Source: Eledone cirrhosa (taxonomy: Eukaryota). Taken from it: 64,000 bases of DNA. The position numbers and the translations under genes were made by a program. Shown one piece after another: positions 43,601-57,139 of the stretch. The stretch covers positions 270,196,001 through 270,260,000 of the forward strand of contig OZ024743.1 of NCBI GenBank assembly GCA_964016885.1. Direction: 5' to 3'. The notes beneath the pieces were generated by a model. The model had not been told where the DNA came from. It did no database searches and saw only the letters and a program-made list of their open reading frames with translations. Within the stretch, counting starts at the first letter, position 1; every line of letters begins with the position of its first letter.

Positions 43601-44980
43601 AATATTTGAGGTGGTGTTGATGTTAGTGGTGTTGGTAGTAGTGTTTGAGGAGGTGTTGATGTTAGTGGTGTTGGTAGTAGTGTTTGAGGTGGTGTTGATG
43701 TTAGTGGTGTTGGGGGTAGTGTTTGAGGTGGTGTTGATGTTAGCGGTGTTGGTAGTAGTGTTTGAGGTGGTGTTGATGTTAGGGGTGTTGGGGGTAGTGT
43801 TTGAGGTGGTGTTGGTGTTAGTGGTGTTGGTAGTATTGTTTGAGGTGGTGTTGATGTTAGTGGTATTGGTAGTAGTGTTTGAGGTGGTGTTGATGTTAGT
43901 GGTGTTGGAAGTAGTGTTTGAGGTTGTATTGATGTTAGTGGTATTGGTAGTAGTGTTTGAGGAGGTGTTGATGTTAGTGGTATTGGGGTAGTGTTTGAGG
44001 TGGTGTTGATGTTAGTGGTGTTGGTAGTAGTGTTTGAGGTGGTATTGATGTTAGTGGTGTTGGTAGTAGTGTTTGAGGTGGTGTTGATGTTAGTGGTATT
44101 GGTAGTAGTGTTTGAGGAGGTGTTGATGTTAGTGGTGTTGGTAGTAGTGTTTGAGGTGGTGTTGATGTTAGTGGTGTTGGTAGTAGTGTTTGAGGTGGTG
44201 TTGATGTTAGTGGTGTTGGTAGTAGTGTTTGAGGTGGTGTTGATGTTAGTGGTATTGGTAGTAGTGTTTGAGGAGGTGTTGATGTTAGTGGTGTTGGTAG
44301 TAGTGTTTGAGGTGGTGTTGATGTTAGTGGTGTTGGTAGTAGTGTGTGAGGTGGTGTTGATGTTAGTGGTGTTGGTAGTAGTGTTTGAGGAGGTGTTGAT
44401 GTTAGTGGTGTTGGTAGTAGTGTTTGAGGTGGTGTTGATGTTAGTGGTGTTGGTAGTAGTGTTTGAGGTGGTGTTGATGTTAGTGGTATTGGTAGTAGTG
44501 TTTGAGGAGGTGTTGATGTTAGTGGTGTTGGTAGTAGTGTTTGAGGTGGTGTTGATGTTAGTGGTGTTGGTAGTAGTGTGTGAGGTGGTGTTGATGTTAG
44601 TGGTGTTGGTAGTAGTGTTTGAGGAGGTGTTGATGTTAGTGGTGTTGGTAGTAGTGTTTGAGGTGGTGTTGATGTTAGTGGTGTTGGGGGTAGTGTTTGA
44701 GGTGGTGTTGATGTTAGCGGTGTTGGTAGTAGTGTTTGAGGTGGTGTTGATGTTAGTGGTGTTGGGGGTAGTGTTTGAGGTGGTGTTGGTGTTAGTGGTG
44801 TTGGTAGTAGTGTTTGAGGTGGTGTTGATGCTAGTGGTGTTGGTAGTAGTGTTTGAGGTGGTGTTGATGTTAGTGGTGTTGGTAGTAGTGTTTGAGGTGG
44901 TGTTGATGTTAGTGGTGTTGGTAGTAGTGTTTGAGGTGGTGTTGATGTTAGTGGTGTTGGTAGTAGTGTTTGAGGTGGTG
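40050..44980. repeat. Higher-order tandem duplication, period 2439 bp
   Basis: ORFs 40860..41552 and 43299..43991 are identical with an offset of 2439. GTGTATGAG at 40131/42570 and the GTAGCGTTT and GTAATATTT variants occur in both copies. Confidence 0.9.
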
Positions 44981-47800
44981 TTGATGTTAGTGTTGTTGGT
45001 AGTAGTGTTTGAGGTGGTGTTGATGTTAGTGGTGTTGGTAGTAGTGTGTGAGGTGGTGTTGATGTTAGTGGTGTTGGGGGTAGTGTTTGAGGTGGTGTTG
45101 ATGTTAGTGGTGTTGGTAGTAGTGTCTGAGGTGGTGTTGATGTTAGTGGTGTTGGTAGTAGTGTTTGAGGTGGTGTTGATGTTAGTGGTGTTGGTAGTAG
45201 TGTTTGAGGTGGTGTTGATGTTAGTGGTGTTGGTAGTAGTGTTTGAGGTGGTGTTGATGTTAGTGGTGTTGGTAGTAGTGTTTGAGGTGGTGTTGATGTT
45301 AGTGGTGTTGGTAGTAGTGTTTGAGGTGGTGTTGATGTTAGTGCTGTTGGTAGTAGTGTTTGAGGTGGTGTTGATGTTAGTGGTGTTGGTAGTAGTGTTT
45401 GAGGAGGTGTTGATGTTAGTGGTATTGGTAGTAGTGTTTGATGTGGAGTTGATGTTAGTGGTATTGGTAGTAGTGTTTGAGGTGGTGTTGATGTTAGTGG
45501 TGTTGGTAGTAGTGTTTGAGGTGGTGTTGATGTTAGTGGTGTTGGTAGTAGTGTTTGAGGTGGTGTTGATGTTAGTGGTGTTGGTAGTAGTGTTTGAGGT
45601 GGTGTTGATGTTAGTGGTATTGGTAGTAGTGTTTGAGGTGGTGTTGATGTTAGTGGTGTTGGTAGTAGTGTTTGAGGTGTTGTTGATGTTAGTGGTGTTG
45701 GTAGTAGTGTTTGAGGTGGTGTTGATGTTAGTGGTATTGGTAGTAGTGTTTGAGGTGGTGTTGATGTTAGTGGTGTTAATAGTAGTGTTTGAGGTGGTAT
45801 TGATGTTAGTGGTGTTGGTAGTAGTGTTTGAGGTGGTGTTGATGTTAGTGGTATTGGTAGTAGTGTTTGAGGTGGTGTTGGTGTTAGTGGTGTTGATGTT
45901 AGTGGTGTTGGTAGTAGTGTTTGAGGTGGTGTTGATGTTAGTGGTGTTGGGGGTAGTGTTTGAGGTGGTGTTGATGTTAGTGGTGTTGGTAGTAGTGTTT
46001 GAGGTGGTGTTGATGTTAGTGGTGTTGGTAGTAGTGTTTGAGGTGGTGTTGATGTTAGTGGTGTTGGTAGTAGTGTTTGAGGAGGTGTTGATGTTAGTGG
46101 TGTTGGGGTAGTGTTTGAGGTGGTGTTGATGTTAGTGGTGTTGGTAGTAGTGTTTGAGGTTGTATTGATGTTAGTGTTATTGGTAGTTGTGTTTGAGGAG
46201 GTGTTGATGTTAGTGGTGTTGGTAGTAGTGTTTGAGGAGGTGTTGATGTTAGTGGTGTTGGGGTAGTGTTTGAGGTGGTGTTGATGTTAGTGGTGTTGGT
46301 AGTAGTGTTTGAGGTGGTGTTGATGTTAGTGGTGTTGGTAGTAGTGTTTGAGGTGGTGTTGATGTTAGTGGTGTTGGTAGTAGTGTTTGAGGTGGTGTTG
46401 ATGTTAGTGTTGTTGGTAGTAGTGTTTGAGGTGGTGTTGATGTTAGTGGTGTTGGTAGTAGTGTGTGAGGTGGTGTTGATGTTAGTGGTGTTGGGGGTAG
46501 TGTTTGAGGTGGTGTTGATGTTAGTGGTGTTGGTAGTAGTGTCTGAGGTGGTGTTGATGTTAGTGGTGTTGGTAGTAGTGTTTGAGGTGGTGTTGATGTT
46601 AGTGGTGTTGGTAGTAGTGTTTGAGGTGGTGTTGATGTTAGTGGTGTTGGTAGTAGTGTTTGAGGTGGTGTTGATGTTAGTGGTGTTGGTAGTAGTGTTT
46701 GAGGTGGTGTTGATGTTAGTGGTGTTGGTAGTAGTGTTTGAGGTGGTGTTGATGTTAGTGCTGTTGGTAGTAGTGTTTGAGGTGGTGTTGATGTTAGTGG
46801 TGTTGGTAGTAGTGTTTGAGGAGGTGTTGATGTTAGTGGTATTGGTAGTAGTGTTTGATGTGGAGTTGATGTTAGTGGTATTGGTAGTAGTGTTTGAGGT
46901 GGTGTTGATGTTAGTGGTGTTGGTAGTAGTGTTTGAGGTGGTGTTGATGTTAGTGGTGTTGGTAGTAGTGTTTGAGGTGGTGTTGATGTTAGTGGTGTTG
47001 GTAGTAGTGTTTGAGGTGGTGTTGATGTTAGTGGTATTGGTAGTAGTGTTTGAGGTGGTGTTGATGTTAGTGGTGTTGGTAGTAGTGTTTGAGGTGTTGT
47101 TGATGTTAGTGGTGTTGGTAGTAGTGTTTGAGGTGGTGTTGATGTTAGTGGTATTGGTAGTAGTGTTTGAGGTGGTGTTGATGTTAGTGGTGTTAATAGT
47201 AGTGTTTGAGGTGGTATTGATGTTAGTGGTGTTGGTAGTAGAGTTTGAGGTGGTGTTGATGTTAGTGGTATTGGTAGTAGTGTTTGAGGTGGTGTTGGTG
47301 TTAGTGGTGTTGATGTTAGTGGTGTTGGTAGTAGTGTTTGAGGTGGTGTTGATGTTAGTGGTGTTGGGGTTAGTGTTTGAGGTGGTGTTGATGTTAGTGG
47401 TGTTGGTAGTAGTGTTTGAGGTGGTGTTGATGTTAGTGGTGTTGGTAGTAGTGTTTGAGGTGGTGTTGATGTTAGTGGTGTTGGTAGTAGTGTTTGAGGA
47501 GGTGTTGATGTTAGTGGTGTTGGGGTAGTGTTTGAGGTGGTGTTGATGTTAGTGGTGTTGGTAGTAGTGTTTGAGGTTGTATTGATGTTAGTGTTATTGG
47601 TAGTTGTGTTTGAGGAGGTGTTGATGTTAGTGGTGTTGGTAGTAGTGTTTGAGGAGGTGTTGATGTTAGTGGTGTTGGGGTAGTGTTTGAGGTGGTGTTG
47701 ATGTTAGTGGTGTTGGTAGTAGTGTTTGAGGTGGTGTTGATGTTAGTGGTGTTGGTAGTAGTGTTTGAGGAGGTGTTGATGTTAGTGGTGTTGGTAGTAG
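44860..47800. repeat. Higher-order duplication, period 1417 bp, with further related copies ending near 51380 and 54500
   Basis: ORF ends and starts 46111/47528 and 46266/47683 differ by 1417. The same 155-bp gap between shadow ORFs and the variant string GATGTGGAG ... TTAATAG ... GTGTTATTGGTAGTTG recur at 51223-51378 and 54345-54500. Confidence 0.85.
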
Positions 47801-50800
47801 TGTTTGAGGTGGTGTTGATGTTAGTGGTGTTGGGGGTAGTGTTTGAGGTGGTGTTGATGTTAGCGGTGTTGGTAGTAATGTTTGAGGTGGTGTTGATGTT
47901 AGGGGTGTTGGGGGTAGTGTTTGAGGTGGTGTTGGTGTTAGTGGTGTTGGTAGTAGTGTTTGAGGTGGTATTGATGTTAGTGGTGTTGGTAGTAGTGTTT
48001 GAGGTGGTGTTGATGTTAGTGGTATTGGTAGTAGTGTTTGAGGAGGTGTTGATGTTAGTGGTATTGGGGTAGTGTTTGAGGTGGTGTTGATGTTAGTGGT
48101 GTTGGTAGTAGTGTTTGAGGTGGTATTGATGTTAGTGGTGTTGGTAGTAGTGTTTGAGGTGGTGTTGATGTTAGTGGTATTGGTAGTAGTGTTTGAGGAG
48201 GTGTTGATGTTAGTGGTGTTGGTAGTAGTGTTTGAGGTGGTGTTGATGTTAGTGGTGTTGGTAGTAGTGTTTGAGGTGGTGTTGATGTTAGTGGTGTTGG
48301 TAGTAGTGTTTGAGGTGGTGTTGATGTTAGTGGTATTGGTAGTAGTGTTTGAGGAAGTGTTGATGTTAGTGGTGTTGGTAGTAGTGTTTGAGGTGGTGTT
48401 GATGTTAGTGGTGTTGGTAGTAGTGTTTGAGGTGGTGTTGATGTTAGTGGTGTTGGTAGTAGTGTTTGAGGAGGTGTTGATGTTAGTGGTGTTGGTAGTA
48501 GTGTTTGAGGTGGTGTTGATGTTAGTGGTGTTGGGGGTAGTGTTTGAGTTGGTGTTGATGTTAGCGGTGTTGGTAGTAGTGTTTGAGGTGGTGTTGATGT
48601 TAGTGGTGTTGGGGGTAGTGTTTGAGGTGGTGTTGGTGTTAGTGGTGTTGGTAGTATTGTTTGAGGTGGTGTTGATGTTAGTGGTATTGGTAGTAGTGTT
48701 TGAGGTGGTGTTGATGTTAGTGGTGTTGGTAGTAGTGTTTGAGGTGGTGTTGATGCTAGTGGTGTTGGTAGTAGTGTTTGAGGTGGTGTTGATGTTAGTA
48801 GTGTTGGTAGTAGTGTTTGAGGTGGTGTTGATGTTAGTGGTGTTGGTAGTAGTGTTTGAGGTGGTGTTGATGTTAGTGGTGTTGGTAGTAGTGTTTGAGG
48901 TGGTGTTGATGTTAGTGTTGTTGGTAGTAGTGTTTGAGGTGGTGTTGATGTTAGTGGTGTTGGTAGTAGTGTGTGAGGTGGTGTTGATGTTAGTGGTGTT
49001 GGGGGTAGTGTTTGAGGTGGTGTTGATGTTAGTGGTGTTGGTAGTAGTGTCTGAGGTGGTGTTGATGTTAGTGGTGTTGGTAGTAGTGTTTGAGGTGGTG
49101 TTGATGTTAGTGGTGTTGGTAGTAGTGTTTGAGGTGGTGTTGATGTTAGTGGTGTTGGTAGTAGTGTTTGAGGTGGTGTTGATGTTAGTGGTGTTGGTAG
49201 TAGTGTTTGAGGGGGTGTTGATGTTAGTGGTGTTGGGGGTAGTGTTTGAGGTGGTGTTGATGTTAGTGGTGTTGGTAGTAGTGTTTGAGGTGGTGTTGAT
49301 GTTAGTGGTGTTGGTAGTAGTGTCTGAGGTGGTGTTGATGCTGAGGTGGTGTTGATGTTAGTGGTGTTGGTAGTAGTGTTTGAGGTGGTGTTGATGTTAG
49401 TGGTGTTGGTGGTAGTGTTTGAGGTGGTGTTGATGTTAGTGGTGTTGGGGGTAGTGTTTGAGGTGGTGTTGATGTTAGTGGTGTTGGTAGTAGTGTCTGA
49501 GGTGGTGTTGATGTTAGTGGTGTTGGTAGTAGTGTTTGAGGTGGTGTTGATGTTAGTGGTGTTGGTAGTAGTGTTTGAGGTGGTGTTGATGTTAGTGGTG
49601 TTGGTAGTAGTGTTTGAGGTGGTGTTGATGTTAGTGGTGTTGGGGGTAGTGTTTGAGGTGGTGTTGATGTTAGCGGTGTTGGTAGTAGTGTTTGAGGTGG
49701 TGTTGATGTTAGTGGTGTTGGGGGTAGTGTTTGAGGTGGTGTTGGTGTTAGTGGTGTTGGTAGTAGTGTTTGAGGTGGTGTTGATGCTAGTGGTGTTGGT
49801 AGTAGTGTTTGAGGTGGTGTTGATGTTAGTGGTGTTGGTAGTAGTGTTTGAGGTGGTGTTGATGTTAGTGGTGTTGGTAGTAGTGTTTGAGGTGGTGTTG
49901 ATGTTAGTGGTGTTGGTAGTAGTGTTTGAGGTGGTGTTGATGTTAGTGTTGTTGGTAGTAGTGTTTGAGGTGGTGTTGATGTTAGTGGTGTTGGTAGTAG
50001 TGTGTGAGGTGGTGTTGATGTTAGTGGTGTTGGGGGTAGTGTTTGAGGTGGTGTTGATGTTAGTGGTGTTGGTAGTAGTGTCTGAGGTGGTGTTGATGTT
50101 AGTGGTGTTGTTAGTAGTGTTTGAGGTGGTGTTGATGTTAGTGGTGTTGGTAGTAGTGTTTGAGGTGGTGTTGATGCTAGTGGTGTTGGTAGTAGTGTTT
50201 GAGGTGGTGTTGATGTTAGTGGTGTTGGTAGTAGTGTTTGAGGTGGTGTTGGTGTTAGTGGTGTTGGTAGTAGTGTTTGAGGTGGTGTTGATGTTAGTGG
50301 TGTTGGTAGTAGTGTTTGAGGTGGTGTTGATGTTAGTGGTGTTGGTAGTAGTGTTTGAGGTGGTGTTGATGTTAGTGGTGTTGGTAGTAGTGTTTGAGGT
50401 GGTGTTGATGTTAGTGGTGTTGGTAGTAGTGTTTGAGGTGGTGTTGATGTTAGTGCTGTTGGTAGTAGTGTTTGAGGTGGTGTTGATGTTAGTGGTGTTG
50501 GTAGTAGTGTTTGAGGAGGTGTTGATGTTAGTGGTATTGGTAGTAGTGTTTGATGTGGAGTTGATGTTAGTGGTATTGGTAGTAGTGTTTGAGGTGGTGT
50601 TGATGTTAGTGGTGTTGGTAGTAGTGTTTGAGGTGGTGTTGATGTTAGTGGTGTTGGTAGTAGTGTTTGAGGTGGTGTTGATGTTAGTGGTGTTGGTAGT
50701 AGTGTTTGAGGTGGTGTTGATGTTAGTGGTATTGGTAGTAGTGTTTGAGGTGGTGTTGATGTTAGTGGTGTTGGTAGTAGTGTTTGAGGTGTTGTTGATG

Positions 50801-52009
50801 TTAGTGGTGTTGGTAGTAGTGTTTGAGGTGGTGTTGATGTTAGTGGTATTGGTAGTAGTGTTTGAGGTGGTGTTGATGTTAGTGGTGTTAATAGTAGTGT
50901 TTGAGGTGGTATTGATGTTAGTGGTGTTGGTAGTAGTGTTTGAGGTGGTGTTGATGTTAGTGGTATTGGTAGTAGTGTTTGAGGTGGTGTTGGTGTTAGT
51001 GGTGTTGATGTTAGTGGTGTTGGTAGTAGTGTTTGAGGTGGTGTTGATGTTAGTGGTGTTGGGGGTAGTGTTTGAGGTGGTGTTGATGTTAGTGGTGTTG
51101 GTAGTAGTGTTTGAGGTGGTGTTGATGTTAGTGGTGTTGGTAGTAGTGTTTGAGGTGGTGTTGATGTTAGTGGTGTTGGTAGTAGTGTTTGAGGAGGTGT
51201 TGATGTTAGTGGTGTTGGGGTAGTGTTTGAGGTGGTGTTGATGTTAGTGGTGTTGGTAGTAGTGTTTGAGGTTGTATTGATGTTAGTGTTATTGGTAGTT
51301 GTGTTTGAGGAGGTGTTGATGTTAGTGGTGTTGGTAGTAGTGTTTGAGGAGGTGTTGATGTTAGTGGTGTTGGGGTAGTGTTTGAGGTGGTGTTGATGTT
51401 AGTGGTGTTGGTAGTAGTGTTTGAGGTGGTGTTGATGTTAGTGGTGTTGGTAGTAGTGTTTGAGGTGGTGTTGATGTTAGTGGTGTTGGTAGTAGTGTTT
51501 GAGGTGGTGTTGATGTTAGTGTTGTTGGTAGTAGTGTTTGAGGTGGTGTTGATGTTAGTGGTGTTGGTAGTAGTGTGTGAGGTGGTGTTGATGTTAGTGG
51601 TGTTGGGGGTAGTGTTTGAGGTGGTGTTGATGTTAGTGGTGTTGGTAGTAGTGTCTGAGGTGGTGTTGATGTTAGTGGTGTTGGTAGTAGTGTTTGAGGT
51701 GGTGTTGATGTTAGTGGTGTTGGTAGTAGTGTTTGAGGTGGTGTTGATGTTAGTGGTGTTGGTAGTAGTGTTTGAGGTGGTGTTGATGTTAGTGGTGTTG
51801 GTAGTAGTGTTTGAGGTGGTGTTGATGTTAGTGGTGTTGGTAGTAGTGTTTGAGGTGGTGTTGATGTTAGTGGTGTTGGTAGTAGTGTTTGAGGTGGTGT
51901 TGATGTTAGTGGTGTTGGTAGTAGTGTTTGAGGTGGTGTTGATGTTAGTGGTATTGGTAGTAGTGTTTGAGGTGGTGTTGATGTTAGTGGTATTGGTAGT
52001 AGTGTTTGA

Positions 52010-53440
52010 GGTGGTGTGATGTTAGTGGTGTTGGTAGTAGTGTTTGAGGTGGTGTTGATGTTAGTGGTGTTGGTAGTAGTGTTTGAGGTGGGTGTTGATG
52101 TTAGTGGTGTTGGTAGTAGTGTTTGAGGTGGTGTTGATGTTAGTGGTGTTGGTAGTAGTGTTTGAGGTGGTGTTGATGTTAGTGGTGTTGGTAGTAGTGT
52201 TTGAGGTGTTGTTGATGTTAGTGGTGTTGGTAGTAGTGTTTGAGGTGGTGTTGATGTTAGTGGTATTGGTAGTAGTGTTTGAGGTGGTGTTGATGTTAGT
52301 GGTGTTAATAGTAGTGTTTGAGGTGGTATTGATGTTAGTGGTGTTGGTAGTAGTGTTTGAGGTGGTGTTGATGTTAGTGGTATTGGTAGTAGTGTTTGAG
52401 GTGGTGTTGGTGTTAGTGGTGTTGATGTTAGTGGTGTTGGTAGTAGTGTTTGAGGTGGTGTTGATGTTAGTGGTGTTGGGGGTAGTGTTTGAGGTGGTGT
52501 TGATGTTAGTGGTGTTGGTAGTAGTGTTTGAGGTGGTGTTGATGTTAGTGGTGTTGGTAGTAGTGTTTGAGGTGGTGTTGATGTTAGTGGTGTTGGTAGT
52601 AGTGTTTGAGGTGGTGTTGATGTTAGTGGTGTTGGTAGTAGTGTTTGAGGTGGTGTTGATGTTAGTGGTGTTGGTAGTAGTGTTTGAGGTGGTGTTGATG
52701 TTAGTGGTATTGGTAGTAGTGTTTGAGGTGGTGTTGGTGTTAGTGGTGTTGATGTTAGTGGTGTTGGTAGTAGTGTTTGAGGTGGTGTTGATGTTAGTGG
52801 TGTTGGGGGTAGTGTTTGAGGTGGTGTTGATGTTAGTGGTGTTGGTAGTAGTGTTTGAGGTGGTGTTGATGTTAGTGGTGTTGGTAGTAGTGTTTGAGGT
52901 GGTGTTGATGTTAGTGGTGTTGGTAGTAGTGTTTGAGGTGGTGTTGATGTTAGTGGTGTTGGTAGTGTGTTTGAGGTGGTGTTGATGTTAGTGGTGTTGG
53001 TAGTAGTGTTTGAGGTGGTGTTGATGTTAGTGGTGTTGGTAGTAGTGTTTGAGGTGGTGTTGATGTTAGTGGTGTTGGTAGTAGTGTTTGAGGTGGTGTT
53101 GATGTTAGTGGTGTTGGGGTAGTGTTTGAGGTGGTGTTGATGTTAGTGGTGTTGGTAGTAGTGTTTGAGGTGGTGTTGATGTTAGTGGTGTTGGTAGTAG
53201 TGTTTGAGGTGGGTGTTGATGTTAGTGGTGTTGGTAGTAGTGTGTGAGGTGGGTGTGATGTTAGTGGTGTGGGGTAGTGTTGAGGTGGTGTTGATGTTAG
53301 TGGTGGTTGTAGTAGTGTGTGAGGTGGTGTTGATGTTAGTGGTGGTTGGTAGTGTTTGAGGTGGTGTTGATGTTTAGTGGTGTTTGGTAGTAGTGTCTGA
53401 GGTGGTGTTGATGTTAGTGGTGTGGTAGTAGTAGTGTTTG
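52010..53440. other. Patch of non-recurrent small indels, probably low-quality consensus or an assembly join
   Basis: Dense one-off indels such as GAGGTGGGTG (about 52086, 53206, 53246), GGTAGTGTGTTT, GTGTGGGGTAGTGTTGAGG, GATGTTTAG and GTGTTTGGTAG, unlike the faithfully copied variants elsewhere. Confidence 0.7.
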
Positions 53441-56400
53441 AGGTGGTGTTGATGTTAGTGGTGTTGGTAGTAGTGTTTGAGGTGGTGTTGATGTTAGTGG
53501 TGTTGGTAGTAGTGTTTGAGGTGGTGTTGATGTTAGTGGTGTTGGTAGTAGTGTTTGAGGTGGTGTTGATGTTAGTGGTGTTGGTAGTAGTGTTTGAGGT
53601 GGTGTTGATGTTAGTGCTGTTGGTAGTAGTGTTTGAGGTGGTGTTGATGTTAGTGGTGTTGGTAGTAGTGTTTGAGGAGGTGTTGATGTTAGTGGTATTG
53701 GTAGTAGTGTTTGATGTGGAGTTGATGTTAGTGGTATTGGTAGTAGTGTTTGAGGTGGTGTTGATGTTAGTGGTGTTGGTAGTAGTGTTTGAGGTGGTGT
53801 TGATGTTAGTGGTGTTGGTAGTAGTGTTTGAGGTGGTGTTGATGTTAGTGGTGTTGGTAGTAGTGTTTGAGGTGGTGTTGATGTTAGTGGTATTGGTAGT
53901 AGTGTTTGAGGTGGTGTTGATGTTAGTGGTGTTGGTAGTAGTGTTTGAGGTGTTGTTGATGTTAGTGGTGTTGGTAGTAGTGTTTGAGGTGGTGTTGATG
54001 TTAGTGGTGTTAATAGTAGTGTTTGAGGTGGTATTGATGTTAGTGGTGTTGGTAGTAGTGTTTGAGGTGGTGTTGATGTTAGTGGTATTGGTAGTAGTGT
54101 TTGAGGTGGTGTTGGTGTTAGTGGTGTTGATGTTAGTGGTGTTGGTAGTAGTGTTTGAGGTGGTGTTGATGTTAGTGGTGTTGGGGGTAGTGTTTGAGGT
54201 GGTGTTGATGTTAGTGGTGTTGGTAGTAGTGTTTGAGGTGGTGTTGATGTTAGTGGTGTTGGTAGTAGTGTTTGAGGTGGTGTTGATGTTAGTGGTGTTG
54301 GTAGTAGTGTTTGAGGAGGTGTTGATGTTAGTGGTGTTGGGGTAGTGTTTGAGGTGGTGTTGATGTTAGTGGTGTTGGTAGTAGTGTTTGAGGTTGTATT
54401 GATGTTAGTGTTATTGGTAGTTGTGTTTGAGGAGGTGTTGATGTTAGTGGTGTTGGTAGTAGTGTTTGAGGAGGTGTTGATGTTAGTGGTGTTGGGGTAG
54501 TGTTTGAGGTGGTGTTGATGTTAGTGGTGTTGGTAGTAGTGTTTGAGGTGGTGTTGATGTTAGTGGTGTTGGTAGTAGTGTTTGAGGAGGTGTTGATGTT
54601 AGTGGTGTTGGTAGTAGTGTTTGAGGTGGTGTTGATGTTAGTGGTGTTGGGGGTAGTGTTTGAGGTGGTGTTGATGTTAGCGGTGTTGGTAGTAATGTTT
54701 GAGGTGGTGTTGATGTTAGGGGTGTTGGGGGTAGTGTTTGAGGTGGTGTTGGTGTTAGTGGTGTTGGTAGTATTGTTTGAGGTGGTGTTGATGTTAGTGG
54801 TATTGGTAGTAGTGTTTTAGGTGGTGTTGATGTTAGTGGTGTTGGTAGTAGTGTTTGAGGTTGTATTGATGTTAGTGGTATTAGTAGTAGTGTTTGAGGA
54901 GGTGTTGATGTTAGTGGTATTGGGGTAGTGTTTGAGGTGGTGTTGATGTTAGTGGTGTTGGTAGTAGTGTTTGAGGTGGTATTGATGTTAGTGGTGTTGG
55001 TAGTAGTGTTTGAGGTGGTGTTGATGTTAGTGGTATTGGTAGTAGTGTTTGAGGAGGTGTTGATGTTAGTGGTGTTGGTAGTAGTGTTTGAGGTGGTGTT
55101 GATGTTAGTGGTGTTGGTAGTAGTGTTTGAGGTGGTGTTGATGTTAGTGGTGTTGGTAGTAGTGTTTGAGGTGGTGTTGATGTTAGTGGTATTGGTAGTA
55201 GTGTTTGAGGAGGTGTTGATGTTAGTGGTGTTGGTAGTAGTGTTTGAGGTGGTGTTGATGTTAGTGGTGTTGGTAGTAGTGTTTGAGGTGGTGTTGATGT
55301 TAGTGGTGTTGGTAGTAGTGTTTGAGGAGGTGTTGATGTTAGTGGTGTTGGTAGTAGTGTTTGAGGTGGTGTTGATGTTAGTGGTGTTGGAGGTAGTGTT
55401 TGAGGTGGTGTTGATGTTAGCGGTGTTGGTAGTAGTGTTTGAGGTGGTGTTGATGTTAGTGGTGTTGGGGGTAGTGTTTGAGGTGGTGTTGGTGTTAGTG
55501 GTGTTGGTAGTATTGTTTGAGGTGGTGTTGATGTTAGTGGTATTGGTAGTAGTGTTTGAGGTGGTGTTGATGTTAGTGGTGTTGGTAGTAGTGTTTGAGG
55601 TGGTGTTGATGCCAGTGGTGTTGGTAGTAGTGTTTGAGGTGGTGTTGATGTTAGTGTTGTTGGTAGTAGTGTTTGAGGTGGTGTTGATGTTAGTGGTGTT
55701 GGGGGTAGTGTTTGAGGTGGTGTTGATGTTAGTGGTGTTGGTAGTAGTGTCTGAGGTGGTGTTGATGTTAGTGGTGTTGGTAGTAGTGTTTGAGGTGGTG
55801 TTGATGTTAGTGGTGTTGGTAGTAGTGTTTGAGGTGGTGTTGATGTTAGTGGTGTTGGTAGTAGTGTTTGAGGTGGTGTTGATGTTAGTGGTGTTGGTAG
55901 TAGTGTTTGAGGAGGTGTTGATGTTAGTGGTGTTGGGGTAGTGTTTGAGGTGGTGTTGATGTTAGTGGTGTTGGTAGTAGTGTTTGAGGTGGTGTTGATG
56001 TTAGTGGTGTTGGTAGTAGTGTTTGAGGTGGTGTTGATGTTAGTGGTGTTGGGGTTAGTGTTTGAGGTGGTGTTCATGTTAGTGGTGTTGGTAGTAGTGT
56101 CTGAGGTGGTGTTGATGTTAGTGGTGTTGGTAGTAGTGTTTGAGGTGGTGTTGATGTTAGTGGTGTTGGTAGTAGTGTTTGAGGTGGTGTTGATGTTAGT
56201 GGTGTTGGTAGTAGTGTTTGAGGTGGTGTTGATGTTAGTGGTGTTGGGGGTAGTGTTTGAGGTGGTGTTGATGTTAGTGGTGTTGGTAGTAGTGTTTGAG
56301 GTGGTGTTGATGTTAGTGGTGTTGGGGGTAGTGTTTGAGGTGGTGTTGATGTTAGTGGTGTTGGTAGTAGTGTCTGAGGTGGTGTTGATGTTAGTGGTGT

Positions 56401-57139
56401 TGGTAGTAGTGTATGAGGTGGTGTTGATGTTAGTGGTGTTGGTAGTAGTGTTTGAGGTGGTGTTGATGTTAGTGGTGTTGGGGGTAGTGTTTGAGGTGGT
56501 GTTGATGTTAGTGGTGTTGGTAGTAGTGTCTGAGGTGGTGTTGATGTTAGTGGTGTTGGTAGTAGTGTTTGAGGTGGTGTTGATGTTAGTGGTGTTGGTA
56601 GTAGTGTTTGAGGTGGTGTTGATGTTAGTGGTGTTGGTAGTAGTGTTTGAGGTGGTGTTGATGTTAGTGGTGTTGGTAGTAGTGTTTGAGGTGGTGTTGA
56701 TGTTAGTGGTATTGGTTGTAGTGTTTGAGGTGGTGTTGATGTTAGTGGTGTTGGTAGTAGTGTTTGAGGTGTTGTTGATGTTAGTGGTGTTGGTAGTAGT
56801 GTTTGAGGTGGTGTTGATGTTTGTGGTATTGGTAGTAGTGTTTGAGGTGGTGTTGATGTTAGTGGTGTTAATAGTAGTGTTTGAGGTGGTGTTGATGTTA
56901 GTGGTGTTGGTAGTAGTGTTTGAGGAGGTGTTGATGTTAGTGGTGTTGGTAGTAGTGTTTGAGGTGGTGTTGATGTTAGTGGTGTTGGGGGTAGTGTTTG
57001 AGGGGGCGTTGATGTTAGTGGTGTTGGTAGTAGTGTCTGAGGTGGTGTTGGTGTTAGTGGTGTTGGTAGTAGTGCTTGAAGTGGTGTTGATGTTAGTGGT
57101 GTTGGTAGTAGTGTTTCAGGTGGTGTTGATGTTAGTGGT

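Noticed and set aside
54911-56077. 388-aa minus-strand ORF starting with ATG
   Set aside because: The ATG is a one-off ATC-to-ATG variant inside the repeat (as is the one at 33228). The ORF is pure repeat and ends when two deletions shift it into the closed frame.
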